From Mobula hypostoma (lineage: Eukaryota): a stretch of DNA of 64,000 nucleotides. Positions within the stretch are counted from its first letter, which is position 1; each line of letters starts with the position of its first letter. This document shows positions 11,195 to 24,700 of the stretch, one piece after another. The notes beneath the pieces were generated by a model, which had not been told where the DNA came from, did not search any database, and was given only the letters and a program-made list of their open reading frames with translations. The stretch spans positions 1,178,001 through 1,242,000 of the forward strand of contig NC_086098.1 in NCBI RefSeq assembly GCF_963921235.1, written 5' to 3'. A program made the translations under genes and the position numbers.

Positions 11195-12095
11195 AACCCA
11201 GAGAACTTGGGGGCGTGGTACTGCTGATCAGAGATAGTGTCATGGCTGCAGAAAAGGAGGAAGTCATGGAGGGATTGTCTGCTGAGTCTCTGTGGGTGGA
11301 GGTTAGGAACAGGAAGGGGTCAATAACTCTACTGGGTGTTTTTTATAGACCTCCCGATAGTAACTGGGACATCAAGGAGCAGATAAGGAGACAGATTCTG
11401 GAAAGGCGTAATAACAACAGGGTTGTTGTGGTGGGAGATTTTAATTTCCCCAATATTGATTGGCATCTTCCTAGATTGAGAGATTTAGATGGGGTGGAGT
11501 TTGTTAGGTGTGTTCAGGAAGGTTTCCTGTCACAGTATGTAGATAAGCCTACAAAAGGAGAGGCTGTGCTTGATCTGGTATTGGGAAATGAACCTGTCCG
11601 GTGTCAGATCTCCCAGTGGGAGAGCATTTTGGAGATAGTGATCAGAATTCTATCTCCATTGCCATAGCATTGGAGAGGGATGGGAACAGACAAGTTAGGA
11701 AAGCGCTTAATTGGAGTAAGAGGAAATATGAAGCTATCAGACAGAAACTTGGAAGCATAAATTGGGAATGGATGTTCTCAGGGAAATGCACGACAGAAAT
11801 GTGGCAAATGTTCAAGGCATACTTGCGTGATGTTCTGCAAAGGTACGTTCCAATGAGACGGAAAGAATGATAGGGTACAGGAACCGTGGTGTACAAAGGC
11901 TGTTGAAAATCTAGTCAAGACGAAAAAAGCTTACGAAAGGTCCAGAAAACTAGGTAATGATAGAGATCTACAAAATTTTAAGGCTAGCAGGAAGGAGCTT
12001 AAGAATGAAATTAGGGGAGCCAGAAGGGGCCATGAGAAGGCCTTCACGAACAAGATTAAGGAAAATCCCTTCAAGTATGTGAAGAGTAAGAGGAT
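11195..12095 (+). mobile_element. CR1 element B, endonuclease part
   Basis: GVVLLIRD..ESLWVEVRNRKG..FYRPP..VGDFNFP..LDLVL..SD motifs; frameshifted. Confidence 0.88.
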
Positions 12096-15000
12096 AACAT
12101 AGAACATAGAACATAGAATAGTACAGCACAGTACAGGCCCTACGGCCCACAATGTTGTGCCGACCCTCAAACCCTGCCTCCCATATAAGCCCACACCTTA
12201 AATTCCTCCATATACCTGTCTAGTAGTCTCTTAAACTTCACTAGTGTATCTGCCTCCACCACTGACTCAGGCATTGCATTCCACGCACCAACCACTCTCT
12301 GAGTAAAAAACGTTCCTCTAATATCCCCCTTGAACTTCCCACCCCTTACCTTAAAGCCATGTCCTCTTGTATTGAGCAGTGGTGCCCTGGGGAAGAGGTG
12401 CTGGCTGTCCAAGCTATCTATTCCTCTTATTATCTTGTACACCTCTATCATGTCTCCTCTCATCCTCCTTCTCTCCAAAGAGTAAAGCCCTAGCTCCCTT
12501 AATCACTGATCATAATGCATACTCTCTGAACCAGGCAGCATTCTGGTAAATCTCCTCTGTACCCTTTCCAATGCTTCCACATCGCGACTCTTAAACTCTA
12601 TCCCTCAACTTATGAAAGCTAACATCCCATAAGCTTTCTTAACTACCCTATCCACCTGTGAGGCAACTTTCAGGGATCTGTGGACATGTACCCCGAGATC
12701 CCTCTGCTCCTCCACAATACCAAGTATCCTGCCATTTACTTTGCACTTTGCCTTGGAGTATGTCCTTCCAAAGTGTACCACCTCACACTTCTCCGGGTTG
12801 AACTCCATCTGCCACTTCTCAGCCCACTTCTGCATCCTATCAATGTCTCTCTGCAATCTCTGACAATCCCCTACACTATCTACAACACCACCAACCTTTG
12901 TGTCGTCTGCAAACTTGCCAACCCACCCTTCTACCCCCACATCCAGGTCGTTAATAAAAATCACGAAAAGTACAGGTCCCAGAATAGATCCTTGTGGGAC
13001 ACCACTAGTCACAATCCTCCAATCTGAATGTACTCACTCCACCACCACCCTCTGCCTTCTGCAGGCAAACCAATTCTGAATCCACCTGGCCAAACTTCCC
13101 TGGATCCCATGCCTTCTGACTTTCTGAATAAGCCTACCGTGTGGAACCTTGTCAAATACCTTACTAAAATCCATATAGATCACATCTACTGCACTACCCT
13201 CATCTATATACCTGGTCACCTCCTCAAAGAACTCTATCAGGCTTGTTAGACACGATCTGCCCTTCACAAAGCCATGCTGACTGTCCCTGATCAGACCATG
13301 ATTCTCTAAATGCCTATAGATCCTATCTCTAAGAATCTTTTCCAACAGCTTTCCCACCACAGATGTAAGGCTCAATGGTCTATAATTACCCGGACTATCG
13401 CTACTATCTTTTTTGAACAAGGGGACAACATTCGCCTTCCTCCAACCTCCGGTACCATTCCCGTGGACAACGAGGACATAAAGATCCTAGCCAGAGGCTC
13501 AGCAATTTCTTCTCTCGCCTCGTGGAGCAGCCTGGGGAATATTCTGTCAGGCCCCGGGGACTTATCTGTCCTAATGTATTTTAACAACTCCAACACCTCC
13601 TCTCCCTTAATATCAACATGCTCCAGAATGTCAACCTCACTCATATTGTCCTCACCATCATCAAGTTCCCTCTCATTGGTGAATACCGAAGAGAAGTATT
13701 CATTGAGGATCTTGCTCACTTCGACAGTCTCCAGGCACATCTTCCCACCTTTATCTCTAATCGGTCCTACCTTCACTCCTGTCATCCTTTTTTTCTTCAC
13801 ATAATTGAAGAATGTCTTGGGGTTTTCCTTTACCCTACTCGCCAAGGCCTTCTCATGCCCCCTTCTTGCTCTTCTCTGCCCCTTCTTGAGCTCCTTTCTT
13901 GCCTCCCTATATTCCTCAACAGACCCATCTGATCCTTGCTTCCTAAACCTATGCTGCCTTCTTCCACCTGACTAGATTTTCCACCTCACTTGTCACCCAT
14001 GGTTCCTTTACCCTACCATTCTTTATCTTCCTCACCAGGACAAATTTATCCCTAACATCCCGCAAGAGATCTCTAAACATCGACCACATGTCCATAGTAC
14101 ATTTCCCTGCAAAAACATCATCCCAACTCACACCTGCAAGTTCTAGCCTTATAGCCTCATAATTTGCCTTTCCCCAATTAAAAATTTTCCTGTCCTCTCT
14201 GATTCTATCCTTTTCCATGATAATACTAAAGGCCAGGGCACTGGCCCCCAGATGCTCACCCCCTGAGAGATCTGTGACCTGACCTGGTTCGTTACCTAGT
14301 ACTTGTTCTAGTATGGCATTCCCCCTGGTCGGCCTGTCCACATACTGTGATAGGAATCCATCCTGGACACACTTAACAAACTCTGCCCCATCTAAACCCT
14401 TGGAACTAATCAGGTGCCAATCAATTTTAGGGAAGTTAAAGTCACCCATGATAACAACCCTGTTATTTTTGCACCTTTCCAAAATCTGCCTCCCAATCTG
14501 CTCCTCTGTATCTCTGCTGCTACCAGGGGCCCTATAGAATATCCCCAGTAGAGTAACTGCTCCCTTCCTGTTCCTGACTTCCACCCATACTGACTCAAAA
14601 GAGGATCCAGCTCCATTACCCACCCTTTCTGTAGCTGTAATCGTATCCCTGACCAGTAATGCCACCCCTCCTCCCCTTTTTCCGCCCTCTCTATCCCTTT
14701 TAAAGCACTGAAATCCAGGAATATTGGGAATCCATTCCTGCTCTGGTGCCAGCCAAGTCTTTGTAATGGCCACTACATCATAATTCCATGTTTGTATTCA
14801 AGCTCTCAGTTCATCACCTTTGTTCCTGATGCTTCTTGCATTGAGGTACACACATTTCAGCCCTTCTACCTTACTGTCTTTACACCGTTTATTCTGCTTC
14901 TCTTTCCTCAAAGCCTCTCTGTATGTTAGATCTGGCTTTACTCCATGCAGTTCTTTCACTGCTCTATCGCTCTGTGTCCCATCCCCCTCGCAAATTAGTT

Positions 15001-16052
15001 TAAACCCCCCCCCAACCATGCTAGCAAACCTACCTGCAAGGATATTGCACCCCCTCGAGTTCAGGTGCAACCCATCCAAGCTGTTTAGGTCCCACCTTCC
15101 CCAGAAGAGATCCCAATGATCTAAAAATCTAAAACCCTGCTCCCTGCAGCAACTCCTCAGCCACACATTCAACTGCCATCTCCTCCAATTCTTACCATCA
15201 CTGTCACGTAACACTGGCAGCAATCCTGAGAACACCACCCTTGAGGTCCTGTTCTTCAGCCTTCTGCATAGTTCCCGAAACTCACACTTCAGGACCTCAT
15301 CTCTTTTCCTGCCTATATCGTTGGTCTCAACATGTATCACGACTTCTGGTTGCTTTCCCTCTGGTTCCAGGATGTCGTGCACCTGGTCAGAGACATCCCG
15401 GACCCTGGCACCCGGGAGGCAACAAACCATGCGGGTGTCCTTCTCACGTCCACATAATCTCCTGTCTGCTCCCCTGACTATAGAGTCTCCAATGACAACA
15501 GCTCTCCTCTTCTCCGTCCCACCCTTCTGCACCACAGGGTCAGACTCAGTGCCGGAGGCCCTGTCACCGTGGCTCACACCTGGTCGGTCATCCCCGCCAA
15601 CAGTATCCAGGACGGTAAAGTTATTATTCAGGGGAATGGCTACAGGGGTGCTCTGCACTACCTGTCTGCTCACCTTTACTTTCCCCCCTCTGACTGTCAC
15701 CCAATGACCTGCTTCCGACAGCCTAGGTGTGACCTCCTCCCTGTAGCTCTCATCTATGACTGCCTCATTCTCCCTTAAGAGTCGAAGGTCATCCAGCTGC
15801 TGCTCTAGATTCCTTACACGGTCTTCCAGATCGCCCAGCCGTATGCACTTCTGGCAGATGTGACTCTGCGGGAGAGGGGAGATCCCCCAAGACTGCCACA
15901 TCTCACAGAAGAGGCACATCACCGTCTCAGGAGACATTGTAAAAACTAACTGCAAGCTAGCTTGTCATCCGCCTCTTCTCGTCGAAGCCTCTCGAGTCAA
16001 AGCCTCAAAGCTCCACTCCTTCACTGGCCCACTCACGCACTGGCCGCTTTCC
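12096..16052 (-). mobile_element. CR1-clade LINE copy 2 (element C), essentially full length, inactive
   Basis: 5' UTR ~15938-16052, ORF1 from ATG 15937, and ORF2 fragments 13949-14773, 13372-13845, 13034-13420, 12605-13012 and 12167-12478. Internal deletion near 12582; (CTATGTT)n tail at 12096-12120. Confidence 0.95.
14798..15937 (-). pseudogene. CR1 ORF1 (Zn-finger/zipper/SGNH esterase) reading in frame into the ORF2 N-terminus
   Basis: CLFC..HICQKC, VIGDSIVRG and DGLHLN motifs. After a G9 run (15005-15013) it continues to LKCVYLNARSIRNKGDELRA, the endonuclease start, and ends at a probable W-to-stop mutation. Confidence 0.9.
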
Positions 16053-16478
16053 ACGTGAGAGAATAAGACCAATCAAGTGTGATAGTGGAAAAGTGTGTAT
16101 GGAACCAGAGAAGATGGCGGAGGTACTTAATGAATACTTCACCTCAGTATTCATAACGGAAAAGGACCTTGGGATGACTTACAGTGGATTGAAAAGCTTG
16201 AGCAGATAGACGTTAAGGAAGAGGATGTGCTGAAGCTTTTGGAAAGCATCAAGCTGGAGAAGTCACTGCAATGGGAAGGTGATGAGTGCATGGAATGAGC
16301 TACTGGCGATGGTGGTAGAGGCGGTTATGGTAAGGTCTTTTAAGAGACTCCTGGATAGGTACATGGAGCTTAAAAAATAGAGGGCTATGGGTAACCCTAG
16401 GTAATTTCTAAACTAAGTACGTAGATGTTTGGCACAGCATCGTGGGCCGAAGGGTGTGTATTTTGCTGTAGGTTTTCT
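16053..16478 (+). mobile_element. CR1 element B, continuation with large internal deletion and 3' tail
   Basis: Resumes ..RERIRPIK..EVLNEYFTSVF, jumps near 16268 to the terminal region, and ends GGCACAGCATCGTGGGCCGAAGGG...TTTTCTA. Confidence 0.8.
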
Positions 16479-16843
16479 TAACAGTTGACTCCAACATCTT
16501 CACAACCACTGATGTCTGGCTAACTGGCCTTTTGTTTCCTTTCTTCTGCCTCCCTCCCTTCTTGCAATTTTCCAGTCTTCCAGAACCATTTCAGAATCCA
16601 GTGATTCTTGAAAATCGTTACTACTACCTCCATGATCTCTTCAGCCACCTCTTTCAGAACTCTGCGGGGGTATACCATCTAGTCCAGGTGACTTGTCTCC
16701 TTTCATACCTTTCAGTTTCCCAAAAACCTATAGTTATGGTAACTTCACACACTTCATGCCCACTGACACCAGGAACTTTCACCATACTGCTGAGGTAATC
16801 CACAGTGAAGACTGATGCGAAATATTCATTCAGTTCATCTGCC
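16479..16843 (-). mobile_element. CR1 element A, 5'-most retained part
   Basis: Minus strand reads ADELNEYFASVFTV..SPGLDG..RPVSQTSVVVKMLES, the region upstream of the QHGF motif at ~11160. Confidence 0.8.
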
Positions 16844-18014
16844 ACTTCAAAGCCAAACATAGTGGTGACACCAACATCACGGCCTCTCTCCCAGATGAGC
16901 TCAATCGCTTTTCTGCTAGGTTTGATATCGCTAACTTTGAGCCTCTGAGGAAAGCCACCACTACAACCTGCAACCTGATCATCTCTGAGGCTGAGTACGC
17001 AGATGTTTCCAACGAATGGACAGTCGCAAGGCTGCGGGACCGGACAGCATCCCAGGGTGAGTACCCAGGATGTGCGCAGCACAACTGGCAGGTGTGTTTA
17101 TAGATATTTTTTTTCTCCCCCTCTCCAGTGTGGAGTGCCCTCCTGCTTTAAATTATCCACCATTGTTCCTGTACCAAAAAAGACCAATGTAACATGCCTG
17201 AACAACTGGCACACTGTTGCATTCACCTCAATAATAAGCAAATGCTTTGAGAGGCTGGTGAAGGATTACATCTGCAGCTTACTACCACCCAAACCAATCG
17301 AAAGACGGCGCAATAGCCACTGCTCTACATACTGTCCTTACAGATCTGGAGAAGAAGGATACTAATGTGAAAATACTGTTCTTGGACTACAGTTCAGCAT
17401 TCAACACCATAATTCCATCCAGGCTCGACAGGAAGCTCAGAGTCCTTGGCCTTGACCCTGACTTGCGCAGCTGGATCCTGGGCTTCCTGTCAGATCGCCG
17501 CAGGTGGTAAGAGTGGGCTCCCTCACCTCCACCCATCTGACTCTCAAAATAGGAGCCCCTCAGGGCTGTGTACAGCTGTGTAAAGCCCCCTCCTTTACTC
17601 CCTGTATACCCATGACTGTGTTGCAACCCATACCTCTAATCTGCTAATTAAATTTGCTGACGACATTACATTGATGGGCCTTATCTCAAACAATAACGAG
17701 GTGGCCTACAGGGAAGAAGTCATCTCTCTGACACAGTGCTGTCAAGAAAAAACCTCTCCCTCAATGTCGCAAAAACAAAAGAGCTGGTTGTGGATTACAG
17801 GAGGAATGGAGACAGGCTAACCCCTATTGACATCAATGGATCTGGGGTTGAGAGGGTAAACAGCTTTAAGTTTCTCGGCATTCACCGAGGATCTCACGTG
17901 GTCTATACGCACCAGCTGCGTGGTGGAGAAAAGCACAACAGCACCTCTTTCACCTCAGACAGTTGACAAGTTTGGTATGGGCCCCCAAATCCTAAGAACT
18001 TTCTACAGGGGCAC

Positions 18015-18162
18015 CTTCCCACCCTCCCCACACCTTCTCTATAGGGCCTTTGCCCCTTCCCTCTTCAGTCCTGATGAAGGGTTCCGGCCCAAAACGTTGA
18101 CTGATCGTTTCCACGGATGCTGCCCGACTTGCTGGGTTCCTCCAGTGTGTTATGAGTGTTGC
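18015..18162 (+). mobile_element. ~148-bp Penelope-like terminal repeat inserted in the Rex1-like RT
   Basis: Interrupts FYRGT|IESIL. Pyrimidine-rich leader, then a hammerhead motif, then a segment homologous to 9-80. Confidence 0.75.
18065..18104 (+). ncRNA. Minimal type I hammerhead ribozyme motif (degenerate)
   Basis: Stem I TCAGTC/GACTGA; core CTGATGA; stem II GGGT-TCCG-GCCC; AAAA in place of GAAA; palindromic stem III AACGTT. Confidence 0.7.
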
Positions 18163-18537
18163 ATTGAGAGCATCCTGACTGGCTGCATCACTGCCTGGTA
18201 TGGGAACTGGACCTCCCTTAATCGCAGAACTCTGCAGAGAGTGGTGCGGACAGCCCAGTTGTGAACTTCCCATGATTCAGGACATTTACAAAGACGGGTG
18301 TGAAAAAAGGGCTCGAAGGATCATTGGGGACCTGAGTCACCCCAACCATAATCTATTGTAGCTGCTACCATCCAGGAATGATACCACAGCATAAAAACCA
18401 GGACCAACAGGACTGTTTCTTTCACCAGCTCATCAGACTGATTAACTCAGACTGATTTGAGTATATTTCTATGTTACACTGATTGTTCTATTTATTCTAA
18501 ATTATTATAAGTTACTATGATTGCACATTGCACATTT

Positions 18538-18737
18538 NNNNNNNNNNNNNNNNNNNNNNNNNNNNNNNNNNNNNNNNNNNNNNNNNNNNNNNNNNNNNNN
18601 NNNNNNNNNNNNNNNNNNNNNNNNNNNNNNNNNNNNNNNNNNNNNNNNNNNNNNNNNNNNNNNNNNNNNNNNNNNNNNNNNNNNNNNNNNNNNNNNNNNN
18701 NNNNNNNNNNNNNNNNNNNNNNNNNNNNNNNNNNNNN
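18538..18737. other. Assembly gap (200 N)
   Basis: The round-number N run suggests a placeholder scaffold join of unknown true size. Confidence 0.98.
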
Positions 18738-21700
18738 CTACCCTCTCCTACACTCTCAATACTCACCTACCCTATCTGTACACTTTCAATACCCACCTAC
18801 CCTCTACTACACTTTCAATACCCACCTACAATCTCCGTAAACTCTCAATACCCACCTATGCTCTACACACACTCTCAATACACACATACCCTCTCATACA
18901 CTCTCAATACCCAGCAACCCTCTCCGTACACTCTCAATACTCACCTACCCTCTCCGTACACTCTCAATACCCACCTACCCACTCCGTACACTCTCAATAC
19001 CCACCTACCCTCTCCGTACACTCTCAATACCCACCTACCCTCTCCACACAATCTCAATAACCACATACCCTGTCATACACTCTAAATACCTAGCTACACT
19101 CTCCATACACTCTCAATAACCATCTAATCTCTGTACACTCTCAATACCCACCTACCCTCTCCGTACACTCTCAATACCCACCTACCCTCTTCGTGCACTC
19201 TCAATACCCACCTACCCTCTCCACACACTCTCAATACCCACATACCTTCTCATACACTCTCAATAACCACCTACCCACACCGTACACTCTGAATACCCAC
19301 CTAAACTCTGTACACTCTCAATACACACCTACCCTCTCTGTACACTCTCAATACACACCTACCCTCTCCGTACACTCTCAATACCCACCTATCGTCTCCG
19401 TGCACTCTCAATACCCACCTACCCTCTCCGTACACTCTCAATAACAAGCGACCCTCTCCGTACACTCTAAATACCCAGCTACCCTCTCCTACACTCTCAA
19501 TACTCACCTACCCTCTCTGTACACTCTCAATACCCACCTACCCTCTCTGTACACTCTCAATACCCAGCTACCCTCTCCTACACTCTCAATAACCACCTAC
19601 CCTCTCCGTACACTCTCAATACCCACCAACAATCTCCGTACACTCTCAGTACCCACCTACCCTCTCCGTACACTCTCAATACCCACCTACCCTCTCCGTA
19701 CACAGTCAATACCGACCTACACTCTGTGTAAACTCTCAATACCCACCTACCCTCACCGTACACTCTCAATATCAACCTACCCTCTCCATACACTCTCAAT
19801 ACCCACCTACCCTCTCCGTGCAGTCTCAATACGCACTGACCTTCTCCGTACACTCTCAATACCCACCTAACCTCTCGTACACTCTCAATACCTACCTACA
19901 CTCTCTGTACACTCTCAAAACCCACCAACTGTCTCCACACACTCTCAATACCCACATACCCTCTCATACACTCTTAATACCCACCGACCCTCTCCGTACA
20001 CTCTCAATACCCACCTACCCTCTCGTACACTCTCAATACCCACCTACACTCTCCGTACACTATCAATACCCACCTATCCTCTCTGTACACTCTCTCCGTA
20101 CACTCTCAATAAACACCTACCCTCTCCGTACACTCTCAATACCCACCTATCCTCTCCACACACTCTCAATACCCACATACCCTCTCATACACTCTCAATA
20201 CCCACCTACCCTCTCCTACACTCTTAATACCCACCTGCACTCTCCGTAAACTCTCAATACCCACCTATGCTCTCCACACACTCTCAATACCCACATACCC
20301 TCTCATACACTCTCAATACCCAGCTACACTCTCCGTACACTCTCAATACTCACCTACCCTCTCCGTACACTCTCAATACCCACCTACCCTCTCCGTACAC
20401 TCTCAATACCCACCTACCCTCTCCGTACACTCTCAATACCCACCTACCCTCTCCACACAATCTCAATAACCACATACCCTGTCATACACTCTAAATACCT
20501 ACCGACACTCTCCATACACTCTCAATAACCATCTAATCTCTGTACACTCTCAATACCCACCTACCCTCTCCGTACACTCTCAATACCCACCTACCCTCTT
20601 CGTGCACTCTCAATACCCACCTACCCTCTCCACACACTCTCAATACCCACATACCTTCTCATACACTCTCAATACCCACCTACCCACTCCGTACACTCTG
20701 AATACCCACTTAAACTCTGTACACTCTCAATACACACCTACCCTCTCTGTACACTCTCAATACACACCTACCCTCTCCGTACACTCTCAATACCCACCTA
20801 TCGTCTCCGTGCACTCTCAATACCCACCTACCCTCTCCGTACACTGTCAATAACCAGCTACCCTCTCCGTACACTCTAAATACCCAGCTACCCTCTCCTA
20901 CACTCTCAATACTCACCTACCCTCTCTGTACACTCTCAATACCCACCAACCCTCTCTGTACACTCTCAATACCCAGCTACCCTCTCCTACACTCTCAATA
21001 ACCACCTACCCTCTCCGTACACTCTCAATACCCACCTACTCTCTCCGTACACTCTCAATACACACCTACCCTCTCCGTACACTCTCAATACACACCTACC
21101 CTCTCCATACACTCTCAATACCCACCAACACTCTCCGTGCAGTCTCAATACGCACTGACCTTCTCCGTACACTCTCAATACCCACCTACCCTCTCATACA
21201 CTCTCAATACCCACCTACACTCTCCGTACACTCTCAATACCCACCTATGCTCTCCACACACTCTCAATACCCACATACCCTCTCATACACTCTCAATAAC
21301 CAGCTACACTCTCCGTACACTTTCAATACCCACCTACCCTCTCATACACTCTCAATACCCACCTACCCTCTCCGTACACTCTCAATACACACCTACCCTC
21401 TCGACACAATCTCAATAACCACATACCCTCTCATACACTCTCAATACCTAGCTACCCTCTCCATACACTCTCAATAACCATCTAATCTCCGTACACTCTC
21501 AATACCCACCTACCCTCTTCATGCACTCTCAATACCCACCTACTCTCTCCGTACACTCTCAATACTCACCTACCCTCTGCGTACACTCTCAATACCCACC
21601 TACCCGCTCCGTACACTCTCAATACCCAGCTACCCTCTCCGTACATTCTCAATACCCACCTACTCTCTCAGTACACTCTCAATAAACACCTACCCTCTCC

Positions 21701-24700
21701 GTACACTCTCAATATCCACCTATCCTCTCCACACACTCTCAATACCCACATACCCTCTCATACACTCTCAATACCCAGCTACCCTCTCCGTACACTTTCA
21801 ATACCCACCTACCCTCTACTACACTTTCAATACCCACCTACAATCTCCGTAAACTCTCAATACCCACCTATGCTCTCCACACACTCTCAATACACACATA
21901 CCCTCTCATACACTCTCAATACCCAGCTACCCTCTCCGTACACTCTCAATACTCACCTACCCTCTCCGTACACTCTCAATACCCCCCTACCCTCTCCGTA
22001 CACTCTCAATACCCACCTACCCTCTCCGTACACTCTCAATACCCACCTACCCTCTCCACACAATCTCAATAACCACATACCCTCTCATACACTCTCAATA
22101 CCTAGCTACCCTCTCCATACACTCTCAATACCCACCTACTCTCTCCGTACACTCTCAATACCCACCTACTCTCTCCGTACACTCTCAATACCCACCTACC
22201 CTCTCCGTACACTCTCAATACCCACCTACCCTCTCCGTGCACTCTCAATACCCACCTACCCTCTCAGTACACTCTCAATACTCACCTACCCTCTCCGTAC
22301 ACTCTCAATACCAACCTACCCGCTCCGTACACTCTCAATACCCAGCTACCCTCTCCGTACACTCTCAATACCCACCTACCCTCTCCGTGCACTCTCAATA
22401 CCCACCTACCCTCTCCCTACACTCTCAATACCCAGCTACCCTCTCCGTACACTCTAAATACCCAGCTACCCTCTCCTACACTCTCAATACTCACCTACCC
22501 TATCTGTACACTCTCAATACCCACCTACCCTCTCCGTACACTCTCAATACCCAGCTACCCTCTCCTACATTCTCAATACCCACCTACCCTCTCCGTACAC
22601 TGTCAATACCCACCTACCCTCTCCGTACACTCTCAATACCCACCTACCCTCTCCGTACACTCTCAATACCCACCAACAATCTCCGTACACTCTCAGTACC
22701 CACGTACCCTCTCCGTACACTCTCATTACCCACCTACCCTCTCCGTATACTCTCAATACCCACCTACCCTCTCCGTACACTCTCAATACTCAGCTACGCT
22801 CTCCTACACTCTCAGTACCCACCTACCCGCTCCGTACACTCTCATTACCCACCTACCCTCGCCGTATACTCTCAATACCCACCTACCCACTCCGTACACA
22901 CTCAATACCCACCTAAACTCTGTACACTCTCAATACACACCTACCCTCTCTGTACACTCTCAATACACACCTACCCTCTCCGTACACTCTCAATACCCAC
23001 CTATCGTCTCCGTGCACTCTGAATACCCACCTACCCTCTCCGTACACTCACAATATCCAGCTACCCTCTCCGTACACTCTAAATACCCAGCTACCCTCTC
23101 CTACACTCTCAATACTCACCTACGCTCTCTGTTCACTCTCAATACCCACCTACCCTCTCTGTACACTCTCAATACCCAGCTACCCTCTCCTACACTCTCA
23201 ATACCCACCTACTCTCTCCGTACACTCTCAATACACCTACCCTCTCCGTACACTCTCAATACACACCTACCCTCTCCGTACACTCTCAATACCCACCTAC
23301 CCTCTCCGTACACTCTCAATACCCACCAACAATCTCCGTACACTCTCAGTACCTACCTACCCTCTCCGTACACTCTCAATACCCACCTACCCTCTCCGTA
23401 CACACTCAATACCGACCTACACTCTCCGTAATCTCTCAATACCCACCTACCCTCACCGTACACTCTCAATATCAACCTACCCTCTCCATACACTCTCAAT
23501 ACCCACCAACACTCTCCGTGCAGTCTCAATACGCACTGACCTTCTCCGTACACTCTCAATACCCACCTACCCTCTCATACACTCTCAATACCCACCTACA
23601 CTCTCCGTACACTCTCAATACCCACCTATGCTCTCCACACACTCTCAATACCCACATACCCTCTCATACACTCTCAATAACCAGCTACACTCTCCGTACA
23701 CTTTCAATACCCACCTACCCTCTCATACACTCTCAATACCCACCTACCCTCTCCGTACACTCTCAATACACACCTACCCTCTCGACACAATCTCAATAAC
23801 CACATACCCTCTCGTACACTCTCAATACCTAGCTACCCTCTCCATACACTCTCAATAACCATCTAATCTCCGTACACTCTCAATACCCACCTACCCTCTT
23901 CATGCACTCTCAATACCCACCTACTCTCTCCGTACACTCTCAATACTCACCTACCCTCTGCGTACACTCTCAATACCCACCTACCCGCTCCGTACACTCT
24001 CAATACCCAGCTACCCTCTCCGTACATTCTCAATACCCACCTACTCTCTCCGTACACTCTCAATAAACACCTACCCTCTCCGTACACTCTCAATACCCAC
24101 CTATCCTCTCCACACACTCTCAATACCCACATACCCTCTCATACACTCTCAATACCCAGCTACCCTCTCCGTACACTTTCAATACCCACCTACCCTCTAC
24201 TACACTTTCAATACCCACCTACAATCTCCGTAAACTCTCAATACCCACCTATGCTCTCCACACACTCTCAATACACACATACCCTCTCATACACTCTCAA
24301 TACCCAGCTACCCTCTCCGTACACTCTCAATACTCACCTACCCTCTCCGTACACTCTCAATACCCACCTACCCTCTCCGTACACTCTCAATACCCACCTA
24401 CCCTCTCCGTACACTCTCAATACCCACCTACCCTCTCCACACAATCTCAATAACCACATACCCTGTCATACACTCTAAATACCTACCGACACTCTCCATA
24501 CACTCTCAATAACCATCTAATCTCTGTACACTCTCAATACCCACCTACCCTCTCCGTACACTCTCAATACCCACCTACCCTCTTCGTGCACTCTCAATAC
24601 CCACCTACCCTCTCCACACACTCTCAATACCCACATACCTTCTCATACACTCTCAATACCCACCTACCCACTCCGTACACTCTGAATACCCACTTAAACT

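Larger units (their letters stand above)
16844..18537 (+). mobile_element. Degenerate Rex1/Babar-like LINE
   Basis: [52 protein letters not shown] and IESILTGCITAWYG motifs with many frameshifts. It runs into the gap. Confidence 0.85.

Noticed and set aside
18515..19085. ORFs spanning the N run
   Set aside because: Artefacts of translating the assembly gap.
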